IMG/VR virus record: IMGVR_UViG_3300023184_000034
Coordinates: 64,001 to 128,000 of that record
DNA length: 64,000 nucleotides
Source: a virus
Direction: 5' to 3' (one strand)
The first letter of the stretch is position 1; every line of letters starts with the position of its first letter. The notes under the pieces are model-generated. The model saw only the letters and a list, made by a program, of their open reading frames with translations, made no database searches and was not told where the DNA came from. Shown piece by piece: positions 1 through 10,165 of this stretch. Made by a program: the position numbers and the translations under genes.

Positions 1-1
1 G

Positions 2-1840
2 GTACTTATTGGACCACAATTCAGTGCAGGTACACAAACTGGCCCAATTGTTGAAGAAATTATTGATACAAGTAACATTGCCCACAGTGTTATATCCATG
101 TATGCCAATAATTCTAGAATCAGCATAATAAGTAAAGAAAAATTTATACCCAAAGCCACTATACTGGGTTTTGCCACAGTGAATCAAGGCATCACACTCA
201 GCACAGTTGATGCAACCAGCACAGTGAGTCCAATTAGATTTCATGGAACAGCCACCAGTGCTGATAGTTTATTAGTCAACGGTTCTGCGATCAATGCAAG
301 TAATTTTTTAACCACAGACGGTACCACAAACATTACCAATTATCCGTTCAACATTCGTGTTGACACTGGTATCAGCATAGGTTCCAACTTGGGACTTAAC
401 ATTGGCGTAACCAATAACACACCCACAATCACATATGGCGGCAGCGGCTCAAATTTAAATATTAGATTAACCAATTCCAGTGGCGTTCTAACTACAGTTA
501 TTCATGCAGATCCCTCGGGCAAAGTTGGTATTGGAGTTGATAAAATAGATCCAGCCACAGCATTGGATGTGGCTGGTACTATCACAGCATCCACGGGTAT
601 TAACATACTGGGCACAGCTGACGCTAGTTACAGCACCGGTACATTGTTTACCACAGCTGCAGGAAGTATTGTTTCTCAGGGCGGTTTGGCAGTAGCAAAG
701 AAAGCCATTATTGGCAACAATTTGACTGTGTATGGACAAAGTTTCTTCAATTATTATGATAACACATCAACACCAATTGCAGCTCCGGTATTGGTACCTG
801 GCTATAGCACTAACGCAGTTGAAGCAACCAATTTGGCAATCCCATATGTGGTAACGGGTGTGTATGATATTGGATCACTAACGCGACCTTTTAGAAACAT
901 TTATGCAAGCAGCTTTGCTGGAAATTTTTCCGGAGTATTTTCTGGCATATTAGAAGGCAGCGTAAGTGGATCTGCGGCTCTGTTGGCCAGCCCAACTATT
1001 TTCAGCATTGCTGGCGATTTAACCAGCAATTCTGTAAGTTTTAATGGACAAAGTGAAACTGGCACTGCTGTTTTTAATGCAACTATCAGTTCAAATGTTA
1101 TCAGTAGTAAAACAGCTGCTACTGATTCGTTTGTTGATGACCAATTATTGGTTTTTAGAGCAGGTTCTGGCTTGCTAAAAATGGCCAAAAGTGTGTTCAC
1201 TCAACATATTGCAGTTGTGCCTATTTCTACGATTCTGCCATTTGCAGGCACAACGTTGCCCACCGGTTACTTGTTCTGCGATGGATCCGAAGTTTTAATT
1301 TCAGCATACCCGGATTTGTTTAGCGTTATTGGTTTCACTTACAAAAATACAGTGTATTTGCTGGGTGCTGGAACATTTGCACTGCCAGACTTACGAGGCC
1401 GTTTTCCGTTAGGCGCTGATAACATGATCAACGACAACAACACTGTTCCCAGCAGAACCGGCGGCACCCAGATTAATACTGTTACTGATTTGAACGGCAA
1501 TTCCAGCACTTCTGCACACAGAGTCAATGAAGTCACGGCCAGCGTAGTGGGTTCAGGTAATGCAGCTGCAACAGGGTCTGTTGCACTTACTTCTGCCAAT
1601 TTGCCAGATCATACGCATACTTTGAAAAGTGCCGCTGGTGTTTCATATTATGCCGGAAGTTCTCCAGGCAGCGCATCGGATTCTGCCAGCGGTGCCACAG
1701 CAGGTTATGGTTTAAGTGGTTCTAGTACAGGTTCTGGTATCCCTAATACTGGGATAGTCAACGGCGCAACTGGATCGGGTATTAATGTAATGAATCCGTA
1801 CCAAACTATTAACTACATAATATTTACGGGTAAAATTTAA
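2..1840 (+). CDS. Tail fibre/baseplate protein with C-terminal tail collar domain (5'-truncated by window edge)
   Basis: Frame is open from base 2 (VLIGPQF...). Collar motif PISTILPFAG..GYLFCDGS..YPDLFSVIG..FALPDLRGRF; C-terminal NPYQTINYIIFTG. Shares LIGPQ, QGITL and RFHGTAT with 3785..5281. Confidence 0.8.
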   Translation, partial: VLIGPQFSAGTQTGPIVEEIIDTSNIAHSVISMYANNSRISIISKEKFIPKATILGFATVNQGITLSTVDATSTVSPIRFHGTATSADSLLVNGSAINASNFLTTDGTTNITNYPFNIRVDTGISIGSNLGLNIGVTNNTPTITYGGSGSNLNIRLTNSSGVLTTVIHADPSGKVGIGVDKIDPATALDVAGTITASTGINILGTADASYSTGTLFTTAAGSIVSQGGLAVAKKAIIGNNLTVYGQSFFNYYDNTSTPIAAPVLVPGYSTNAVEATNLAIPYVVTGVYDIGSLTRPFRNIYASSFAGNFSGVFSGILEGSVSGSAALLASPTIFSIAGDLTSNSVSFNGQSETGTAVFNATISSNVISSKTAATDSFVDDQLLVFRAGSGLLKMAKSVFTQHIAVVPISTILPFAGTTLPTGYLFCDGSEVLISAYPDLFSVIGFTYKNTVYLLGAGTFALPDLRGRFPLGADNMINDNNTVPSRTGGTQINTVTDLNGNSSTSAHRVNEVTASVVGSGNAAATGSVALTSANLPDHTHTLKSAAGVSYYAGSSPGSASDSASGATAGYGLSGSSTGSGIPNTGIVNGATGSGINVMNPYQTINYIIFTGKI

Positions 1841-3750
1841 TGAGCTATAACATTACACTCACCAATGGCACAACGTTAACCAAAGTTAACGATGGTACTA
1901 TAAATCAAACAGTTACAGACCTCACACTTATAGGTAAAAATTCCACAGGGTACGGTGGATTTTTTAATGATAACTTTGTGAGGTTGTTGGAAAATTTCTC
2001 CAATTCAAGCCAACCCAATTATCCGTTGACTGGTCAATTGTGGTACGATACCAGTGAAAACAGACTTAAAATTTATAACGGATCTGCATTCACTACCACA
2101 AGTGGAACAATTGTTTCATCCACAGTACCAAGCAATATTGGAGTAGGTGATATTTGGATTGACAATGTGTTGGGTCAAATGCATTTTAATGACGGACTCA
2201 ACACTGTGCTTGCTGGCCCAATTTACAATTCTAATCAGGGAATTACAGGGTTCAATGTGGAAGATGTTATTGATACTGCAGGCAGAACTCAAACTGTACT
2301 GGTTTTGTATGTGGCAAGAACTATCCTTGGTATTTTTAGCAAAACTACTTTTACACCGGCCTTGCCTATACCAGGATTCACAAACATATCTCAGTTTACA
2401 GGAAGTCAATTTGGCAATGTGCTGACAGTTACCAGCATTGCTGTTGGTTCTTTAACAGTGGGACAAGTGGTTGCAGCAAATGGCATAGCAACTGGCACAC
2501 TAATTACTGGTCAACTGTCAGGAATAACCGGCGGCACCGGAACTTATTCGTTGAGTTTGTCTGGTGTAGTGTTAACCACAACAATGACAGCGTCTTCCAA
2601 TGTGGTTAGAATAGGATTTAATACTGGAACTTTTCCCGGTGTTGTGTTTGATGCAATTGCCTCCAGAACACAATCTTTGATAGCTGCAGACGGCAGTTTA
2701 AAAACAGCTGATGATTTTATTTCTGCCAGTGAGGATTCAACCAGCAACGGACAATTGAGTATTAGAAATAATATCCCACTGATTCTAGGTGCTGGTTCTA
2801 ATGTACAGCTTAAAATAGACACCAACAGCAACACGTTCCAAATGAATTCCAACACTGCTAATTTGAACTTTGGAATTAATTTACAAACAAACGGAGCATT
2901 GCAACCCAGTTTGTTTATTGCAGGATCGTCTCAATTTGTTGGTTTGGGCACTCAAATACCCACAGCCAAATTGGATGTCAACGGCGACACTGTTATTCGT
3001 GGAAACTTAACAGTTCAAGGCACAACACAGACCATTAGCAGTACCACTGTGACCATTGCTGATAAGAATATAGAGTTGGGCAAGGTCACCAATCCCACCA
3101 ACACCACTGCAGAAAGCGGTGGAATTACATTAAAGGGTACCACTGACAAGACCGTGGTGTGGTCCGTGACTGCCACATCAACTGGGTCCAACACAGGTTA
3201 TTGGAATTTTTCAGATTTTGTCAACATCAGTAGCAGCGGCGCAAATGTGGGGTATTATATTAATGGAAACAGTGTGTTAAGCGCAACCACACTGGGTTCT
3301 GGAATCACAGGAGCACCTGGCTTAACCAGTGTTGGCGCACTGACTTCACTGCAAGCTGCATACATCAATATCAACGGAAGTACTATTTCCTATGTACACT
3401 CTGCCACAAACGGCAATATTACACTTACTCCAAAAGGTTCCGGATATGTGAGTGTCAGTTCTGCATTAATTTCCAACGTGGGAACACCAGTTAGTGGAAC
3501 AGATGCTGCTAACAAGACTTATGTAGATAACCAAATTAAATCATCTCCATTGGGATTATACATTGATTTTACCGCACTGGGCATCTCGCTGGGATCAGCA
3601 AATGCTTCAATAATTAACCTTTTAACTAAAGTCTATCCTCCAGCCATCACCACAAGTACCACAACTTGCCGTGTGTTGTGTAGTGACGGCACAGTTAGGG
3701 AATTCACGTCCAGCGGAACAGCATGGTTATACACCCAAGTAATAACTTAA
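1840..3750 (+). CDS. Tail fibre/baseplate structural protein (paralogue)
   Basis: N-terminal TDLTLIGKN..GYG..NF..LLENF..GQLWYD module shared with the next gene; DAANKTYVD fibre motif; Thr/Gly/Ser-rich. Confidence 0.7.
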   Translation: MSYNITLTNGTTLTKVNDGTINQTVTDLTLIGKNSTGYGGFFNDNFVRLLENFSNSSQPNYPLTGQLWYDTSENRLKIYNGSAFTTTSGTIVSSTVPSNIGVGDIWIDNVLGQMHFNDGLNTVLAGPIYNSNQGITGFNVEDVIDTAGRTQTVLVLYVARTILGIFSKTTFTPALPIPGFTNISQFTGSQFGNVLTVTSIAVGSLTVGQVVAANGIATGTLITGQLSGITGGTGTYSLSLSGVVLTTTMTASSNVVRIGFNTGTFPGVVFDAIASRTQSLIAADGSLKTADDFISASEDSTSNGQLSIRNNIPLILGAGSNVQLKIDTNSNTFQMNSNTANLNFGINLQTNGALQPSLFIAGSSQFVGLGTQIPTAKLDVNGDTVIRGNLTVQGTTQTISSTTVTIADKNIELGKVTNPTNTTAESGGITLKGTTDKTVVWSVTATSTGSNTGYWNFSDFVNISSSGANVGYYINGNSVLSATTLGSGITGAPGLTSVGALTSLQAAYININGSTISYVHSATNGNITLTPKGSGYVSVSSALISNVGTPVSGTDAANKTYVDNQIKSSPLGLYIDFTALGISLGSANASIINLLTKVYPPAITTSTTTCRVLCSDGTVREFTSSGTAWLYTQVIT

Positions 3751-3784
3751 AACAGCATAAATACTAGAATAAGGAACGAGCGAG

Positions 3785-5281
3785 ATGGCATATACAATAA
3801 ACAGATATAATGGTACCGTATTAACTACAGTCGCAGACGGTACTGTTGATACCACAACTGACCTTACCTTTATTGGTAAGAATTATGCCGGATACGGTGA
3901 AAAACAAAACGAAAATTTCTTGTACTTATTAGAAAATTTTGCAAGTACATCAGCGCCGCCCACACCGTTAAAGGGACAGTTGTGGTTTGACAGCGGCACA
4001 AGCAAGTTAAAATTCTACGACGGATCTAAATTCAGAGCAACTGGCGGCGCAGAAACTGGCCCAACACAGCCAAGTGGATTTGCTGCCACTGGAGATTTTT
4101 GGTGGGACACTGTTAATCAACAACTGTATGCATGGTCTGGCACAGCATATCAATTGATTGGACCACAGGCTGTGACTGGTTTGGGCATTACCCAGATGCA
4201 ATCTATCAGCGTTAAGGATTTGGAAAATGGTGCGTCTCATGCTGTTGTTCAAGCTGCAATAAACGGCAAGGTGGCTTTTATTATCAGTTCAGACACTGCC
4301 TTTACATTGGATCCCACACTTAATGCCATCACAGGATTTGACAAAATACAACAAGGTGTCACATTAGCCTTCACAAAAAATGCCGACGCAGGCGTAACAA
4401 ACAGCAGTTCTAATTATAGATTTCACGGCACCGCAACCAATGCTGATAAATTGGGCGGCCAGGTTGCAAGTAACTATTTGTTGGCATCCAATTCCGCGTT
4501 CAGTCAAATTGTAAATTTTGCAGATGTGGGTTACAGCGTTGGCAACCCAACTGCAAAACTAAGAGTGTTTAATGATTCCACAAACAGTTTTTTCCCGACC
4601 ATTCTAAATCAATTCAATGACACAATTATATTTAAAACAACTGTGTCATCTGTTGCAAAAACTCCTTTGAAGTTAACAGGAACTGATGTTCTTCCAGGCA
4701 CAACATTGACCAACAACTTGGGAAGCTCGTCTTTGGTTTGGAACAGCGTGTATGCTTCAAACTTTGTGGGAACAGCAACCAATTCCAACTACTTGAACCT
4801 GGGCGGCTCTTACGTGTCAGCCACCACTGCTAGCACAGCCACTACTATTGTTGCTAGAGACGCCAATCGAGACATATTTGCCAACGTTTTTAACGGCACA
4901 TCAACCAGTGCCAACTATGCTGACTTGGCAGAAAAATATTTGGCAGACAAAGCATATGATCCTGGCACTGTGGTCTGTATTGGCGGAGCAGCAGAAGTAA
5001 CTGCTGCAACATCTGGCTCAATGGCAATTGGAGTTGTGAGTGCTAATCCAGCATACATGATGAACAGTGCGCTGGCGGGCGGCACCTATATTGCTTTAAA
5101 AGGCCGTGTGCCTGTGAAAATTATTGGCCCAGTACGCAAAGGCGATGCACTGGTGCCAGCAGGTGCGGGATCAGCCAAAACCGACGATTCAACAGTGCCA
5201 GGCCAGCATAGACAATTTGGTATTGCGTTGGAAGATAATGTGGAACCCGGTGTCAAACTTGTAGAGTGTGTGATACTTTAA
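3785..5281 (+). CDS. Tail fibre/baseplate structural protein with C-terminal YADLAE..GRVPVK chaperone-like domain
   Basis: Same N-terminal module as 1840..3750; C-terminal YADLAEKY..PGTVV..GVVS..ALKGRVPVK; upstream ATAAATA and AAGGA. Confidence 0.7.
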   Translation: MAYTINRYNGTVLTTVADGTVDTTTDLTFIGKNYAGYGEKQNENFLYLLENFASTSAPPTPLKGQLWFDSGTSKLKFYDGSKFRATGGAETGPTQPSGFAATGDFWWDTVNQQLYAWSGTAYQLIGPQAVTGLGITQMQSISVKDLENGASHAVVQAAINGKVAFIISSDTAFTLDPTLNAITGFDKIQQGVTLAFTKNADAGVTNSSSNYRFHGTATNADKLGGQVASNYLLASNSAFSQIVNFADVGYSVGNPTAKLRVFNDSTNSFFPTILNQFNDTIIFKTTVSSVAKTPLKLTGTDVLPGTTLTNNLGSSSLVWNSVYASNFVGTATNSNYLNLGGSYVSATTASTATTIVARDANRDIFANVFNGTSTSANYADLAEKYLADKAYDPGTVVCIGGAAEVTAATSGSMAIGVVSANPAYMMNSALAGGTYIALKGRVPVKIIGPVRKGDALVPAGAGSAKTDDSTVPGQHRQFGIALEDNVEPGVKLVECVIL

Positions 5282-5308
5282 ATAATAAATGTTAAAAAGG
5301 GTTAAAAA

Positions 5309-8300
5309 ATGACTGCTGTTGGTACAAAAGTTTTTGCTTCAGAATACAATGCTATTCAAGCAGCCATTAGTACAGTGTTGGGAACAGGTGCCGGCGCATC
5401 GGGTTACGGACAAACTGTGCTTAGTTCACAAGTCAGCACCAGCTCCAGCATCACAGTTGCTCAGTGGGCAAATTTGAGAGCTGACTTGTTGAAAGCATAT
5501 TTGCATCAAGGCACACCAGGCGACTTACCACTGCCAAGTGTTCCTCAAAAGTCAACACTGCCATACACCATAGTTACATATTCTGATTACAATCGGTACT
5601 TGGATTTATCCAATGTTATCACAGCCAATGCAGGAGTTGCTCCTCCAGCTGGCCAAGCAACACTGCAAACATTTTCAACTGGATCTTATACATCGACTTG
5701 GAATGGCCAACTCACTCACTCAGTAGTACTGACATTTGCCACGGCTAATCAAGCAAGATTTTATTTCAACTCCGGCGGCAATATTCAATTCAGCGCCAGT
5801 TTGATCAACTATCCAGGATATCCAGGTTACGGCTCTCAAAGCGCCAGCTATGCAAAAAACAGCGATTGGAACATGTTGTTGAACAACATGGGCACAACCA
5901 CTTTTGGTAGAAACAGCACTGTGAACAGCGGCAACGGCACAGGACAAACAATTTTATCTGCTGTGGGATATTTTCAATTGACCACGGGCGAGCAAAATAT
6001 TTACCGCAAGACCACAAGCAGTGCATCCTACACACCTAACCAGTATGATTTGTATGCCAACGTGGATGCAACTGGTGCGGTTATAACATTCAATATCAGA
6101 TTTAAAGACCTATCCACAACAAGTGGCACTGGGTTTGGTGCAACTGACGAAAACGTGGAAGGTTCCTTGACCAGTTTGATACAGGGGTATTATGCGTCAG
6201 GCAGTTATGTTGCTGCAACACCGCCAGCAACCACAGCAGTATTTGCAGGCGGTGCTGTGGTGGCACCTCCTCCTCCTCCTCCTCCTCCTCCAATTTATGA
6301 ACCACCACCACCACCGGTAGTAGTTTACAACGAAGTTTTACTACCAACATCACCAATACGAGTTCAAACTAGTACTTCATTTGTTATATCAGCAAGTGGT
6401 GGTGTTCCTGGTACTTCTTATACTGTAAATGAAACTGGATCTGGTGCATATTCTAGTAATGGTGTATTAAACGGTGCCGGCGGCGCTACTATTAATATTT
6501 CAGCTAGTACTTTAACATCTGCAGGTACATACTCGTTTAATTTTGTTTTTAGTGGCAGCGGCAATTCTCGATCTGTTGCAGTAATCGCAGCAAACGCAAT
6601 ACCAAATCCAAGTTACGGACCATTTACAGTTAATCCAACTGTAGCTACTAACGGACAAACAATAACAGTAAGTGCAACAGTTTATAATTGTACTACAGCG
6701 GACTACTGGAACATACTTGTTCCTGACTCTGTTGGTACATATGCGGTTGCTACAGGCGCTGTAGCTAACTATGTAGCAGGTACACAAACATTTACTAGAA
6801 CATTTACATTCCAACAGGCAAATGCACCATATACAACGTTTTTCTCTATTGCTGGTAGCTGGGGAAGTTTAACTGCACAACAAGGCCCAACGGTAACATT
6901 GTATGTTGCACCACCTCCACCACCTCCACCGAGTTACGGTGCATATGGATGGAGTCCCGCGGGCCCAGTAAATGCAGGAACAAGCATAACATTCAGTGCC
7001 GTGGCCAACAATGCAATTGGAGACGTTTATGGAATTGGAACTACCAGTAACGGAACACCAACAGCAGTTAGTGGAGTGATTTCTACAAATCCGCAGACAA
7101 TTTCACGTACAATCACAGCGGTGTACAATGCAACTTACAGCCACAGTGGAAACTTTATATTGAACTCTCTCTCTCCATCTACAGTCCAATCGACGTTAAC
7201 TGTTAATGCTCCAGCCGCACCACCACCACCCACACCCACATACACAGTGTCGCCAGGTTCGCTGACAGTGAATGAAGGCGGCACAATATCCGTATCGATC
7301 ACCACAACCAATGTGTCCAATGGAACTTATCTGTATTGGCAATTGGCTCCCACAATCTCAGGCCTAACACCCGTTGCAGGATCTGGTGATTTTAGTAGTG
7401 CAATGTCTGGCAGTGTTCAAATAAACAGCAACGCTGGCTCCATTAACCTTGGTGTGCTTGCTGATGCACTAACAGAAGACACAGAATTTATTTCAGTTAG
7501 AGTTTATTCAGATTCAGGACTCACAAATCAAGTGGGATATGTGTCAGTTAGCATCCAGGATACCAGCACAACTCCTCCACCAAATCCAAGTATCAGCTCA
7601 GTCACAGCCAGTCCAAATCCAGCCACTAACGGCCAAACAATAACTTTAAGTGTCACTGTGATTAATATGCGTGCTGAGCTGGGCAACGGCAACAACGGCT
7701 TCGGCGCTTTAAGCATTTCCGCGATATCTCCAGCAGCAGAGCAAGTCGGTGCATCTTATTATCTTCCCGCGCAGAACGGAACTGTGATAACTACCCACAC
7801 ATTCACATTCCTGGCGGCGCAGGCTCCTTACACAACCTCCGCCCATCTGGGTTCATTTTACCCACAATCTGTGACCGCAGGGCCAACCATCACTCTGTAT
7901 GTTCCACCTCCGCCACCATATGTACCACCACCGCCACCTTATGTGCCACCTTATGTGCCACCAGCGTTTCTCTACACTGTGACTTGGCCAGGACCCAGCT
8001 GGAATATTAACGTGCCTGCTGATGGCTCAGCCATCAGCACATCAGTATCAGTTTATTGCAGTTCTGGCAGCGGCACATATGAAGTTCAAGAAACAAGCAG
8101 ACCAGCTGCTGTGTCAGTGGCAGTGGATGGTGTGTCAGGTCCTGCCAGGATCTCACAGTATATATCAGCAGGTCAAACTAGATCACACACAGTAACAGTG
8201 TATGCAAATCCGCCTGGCGCAGGATACAACGGCAGCTTCTGGGCAGGCGGCGTTTCTTACCCTTGGACTGCAACCTTCAGAGGTAGTCCACGTGTTACGG

Positions 8301-8560
8301 CATATGTCTTTATTCCAACCCCAACCTATGTAGGCCAGTACGTGCTGTTTGCTGTTGATGTGGCTGATGCAGATGGCCTGACCTGGGGCGCAAATGTATA
8401 TACCAACAACTTCTACGCCATAGGCAGCGCGAGTGGCACTGTTAGTGGCAATCAGCTTCATGCCATCATAATTGGTGGATTCTATACCACTGCCGGCATG
8501 AATCTGGGAACATTTTATTTGGGCGGCGTTGGGGTTGTTCAGACACAAGTCAATCTTTAA
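5309..8560 (+). CDS. Large modular virion fibre/adhesin: beta-rich domains joined by poly-proline linkers
   Basis: N-terminal virion domain (ARFYFNSGG), then about 7 beta-rich modules separated by Pro runs; one module is Calx-beta-like (VNEGGT..DALTEDTE). Confidence 0.65.
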   Translation: MTAVGTKVFASEYNAIQAAISTVLGTGAGASGYGQTVLSSQVSTSSSITVAQWANLRADLLKAYLHQGTPGDLPLPSVPQKSTLPYTIVTYSDYNRYLDLSNVITANAGVAPPAGQATLQTFSTGSYTSTWNGQLTHSVVLTFATANQARFYFNSGGNIQFSASLINYPGYPGYGSQSASYAKNSDWNMLLNNMGTTTFGRNSTVNSGNGTGQTILSAVGYFQLTTGEQNIYRKTTSSASYTPNQYDLYANVDATGAVITFNIRFKDLSTTSGTGFGATDENVEGSLTSLIQGYYASGSYVAATPPATTAVFAGGAVVAPPPPPPPPPIYEPPPPPVVVYNEVLLPTSPIRVQTSTSFVISASGGVPGTSYTVNETGSGAYSSNGVLNGAGGATINISASTLTSAGTYSFNFVFSGSGNSRSVAVIAANAIPNPSYGPFTVNPTVATNGQTITVSATVYNCTTADYWNILVPDSVGTYAVATGAVANYVAGTQTFTRTFTFQQANAPYTTFFSIAGSWGSLTAQQGPTVTLYVAPPPPPPPSYGAYGWSPAGPVNAGTSITFSAVANNAIGDVYGIGTTSNGTPTAVSGVISTNPQTISRTITAVYNATYSHSGNFILNSLSPSTVQSTLTVNAPAAPPPPTPTYTVSPGSLTVNEGGTISVSITTTNVSNGTYLYWQLAPTISGLTPVAGSGDFSSAMSGSVQINSNAGSINLGVLADALTEDTEFISVRVYSDSGLTNQVGYVSVSIQDTSTTPPPNPSISSVTASPNPATNGQTITLSVTVINMRAELGNGNNGFGALSISAISPAAEQVGASYYLPAQNGTVITTHTFTFLAAQAPYTTSAHLGSFYPQSVTAGPTITLYVPPPPPYVPPPPPYVPPYVPPAFLYTVTWPGPSWNINVPADGSAISTSVSVYCSSGSGTYEVQETSRPAAVSVAVDGVSGPARISQYISAGQTRSHTVTVYANPPGAGYNGSFWAGGVSYPWTATFRGSPRVTAYVFIPTPTYVGQYVLFAVDVADADGLTWGANVYTNNFYAIGSASGTVSGNQLHAIIIGGFYTTAGMNLGTFYLGGVGVVQTQVNL
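6266..6315 (+). repeat. (CCT)n/(CCA)n trinucleotide tract encoding poly-Pro linker
   Basis: cctcctcctcctcctcctcctcctcca...ccaccaccaccaccg is visible directly. Confidence 0.9.
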
Positions 8561-9147
8561 TGACCTTTGATTTATTAAACGAAACACCCAAGGTAGTTTA
8601 TTATCATAATGCACTCACTGAAAAGGAGTGCGATTATGTTATTAAAAATGCTGATAATTTTGAAAAATCTTTGGGTTTTGATTTAGCGTCAAAACAACCA
8701 AAACCCACAGAATGGCGCACCAGCAGCAATCATTTTGACCATGCTGGCAAGTTCAAATACATCACGGAAAAAGCTGCAGAGCTTTCAAATCATCCAGTTG
8801 TTAATATTGAACCTCCGCAAATATTAAAATACCAAATTGATGAGTTTTATAAACCGCATCACGATTTTTTTAATTTTCCGCCTGACATAATTACCACACA
8901 CAATGACAGGGTTGGCACTGTTATTTTTTATTTGAACGATGCTTTTCTTGGCGGCGCAACTCGTTTTCCTTCATTAAACATCACTGTTCGTCCACGAAAG
9001 GGATCTGCATTGTTCTTTGAGTATAATTATTCTAAAGATATCAATTACTTAACAATGCACGGAGGAATGCCTGTGATTCAAGGCACCAAGTACATTGCTA
9101 CTTCTTGGATACGCGGCAATCAGTGGGGACACACCCATGGCTCTTAA
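8560..9147 (+). CDS. Prolyl 4-hydroxylase-like 2OG-Fe(II) dioxygenase
   Basis: RTSS, QILKY...YKPHHD, TVIFYLND, GGATRFP, PRKGSALFF, HGGMPV..GTKYIATSW (HxD..H plus Lys, P4H type). Confidence 0.8.
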   Translation: MTFDLLNETPKVVYYHNALTEKECDYVIKNADNFEKSLGFDLASKQPKPTEWRTSSNHFDHAGKFKYITEKAAELSNHPVVNIEPPQILKYQIDEFYKPHHDFFNFPPDIITTHNDRVGTVIFYLNDAFLGGATRFPSLNITVRPRKGSALFFEYNYSKDINYLTMHGGMPVIQGTKYIATSWIRGNQWGHTHGS

Positions 9148-9751
9148 CCACGTTGACACAGGTTATAAAACAATTTTTAGAATTGATAATGCATTAGATA
9201 CAGAAATTTGTGATCAACTTTGTAATTTTATGATCACACATAAATTAAAATCAAATCCAACTGATAATTTATTACCATGGTTTGATGGCGAGACATGCAT
9301 TCCGTGGGAATTAGATAATATCAATTTGAAAAAACAAATTGTTGCCTATAGAAAATTAGTTACAGAAATAGTGTCTGAAAAATTTAATCAAACGCTATAT
9401 CCAGAATTTACTCATCTTGTACTGTGGCGCACTGGCAGACAAATGCCCCGCCACAAAGATGATGGGTATAATGAGAATGATCCACTTGCAACAAGAAAAG
9501 TCAGTTGTGTAACTTATCTAAATGATGATTTTACAGGTGGCCAAACGTTTGTGTCTAATGAAACTGGCATTGATTATATCAGTAGACCCATTAAGGGATC
9601 TCTTGTTTGTTATCTAAGTGATAGTACAAACCAGCACGGTGTAAATCCAATATTGTCAGGCAATCGTGTTACTATGCCAATTTGGTTTTGTAGTGATATA
9701 ACCAAATCTGAAGATGTTAAGCTGAGTAATATTATTCAGTCACTTTTATAA
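9137..9751 (+). CDS. 2OG-Fe(II) oxygenase
   Basis: HKD, YLNDDFTGG, HGVNPILSGNRVT..W; start taken at MALNHV. Confidence 0.8.
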   Translation: MALNHVDTGYKTIFRIDNALDTEICDQLCNFMITHKLKSNPTDNLLPWFDGETCIPWELDNINLKKQIVAYRKLVTEIVSEKFNQTLYPEFTHLVLWRTGRQMPRHKDDGYNENDPLATRKVSCVTYLNDDFTGGQTFVSNETGIDYISRPIKGSLVCYLSDSTNQHGVNPILSGNRVTMPIWFCSDITKSEDVKLSNIIQSLL

Positions 9752-9769
9752 AATAATCATCCTCGGCTC

Positions 9770-9798
9770 TTGACAAGATAATTAAAGTAGTGTATTAT
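9770..9798 (+). promoter_or_regulatory. Sigma70-type promoter for the glycosyltransferase operon
   Basis: TTGACA-17 bp-TATTAT, followed by GGAG and the ATG at 9818. Confidence 0.75.
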
Positions 9799-9817
9799 AA
9801 GCATTACGGAGTTATCT

Positions 9818-10165
9818 ATGGATGAAAGAATTGAAAAAGCATTTGCTGTGGCCAATTACATGAGCACATTGGCGGGCCAAAAACGTATTATTTTGGAAGA
9901 GTACAATCAGCAGCTGATACATTATACAAATGGTGCAACCTTCAAAGTCTCGCGAGAACTGATTGTGTTTGTACACACACTCACTGAGCTTGGCAGCACA
10001 GATGCTGTTGTTTTAGACGATAACAATTTTCCTGCACTAATTGACAATCTTCAGGAATTCTTAGAAAAAATTTCCAACGTGTATAATGAAGCCACTAAGG
10101 AGTATGCTGACAAGTACAATGATATTAGAGTAAAACGAAAAATTTCTGATATTGTTGAACTATGA
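9818..10165 (+). CDS. Hypothetical protein
   Basis: 115-aa ORF with RBS; ATGA overlap with the next gene. Confidence 0.7.
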   Translation: MDERIEKAFAVANYMSTLAGQKRIILEEYNQQLIHYTNGATFKVSRELIVFVHTLTELGSTDAVVLDDNNFPALIDNLQEFLEKISNVYNEATKEYADKYNDIRVKRKISDIVEL

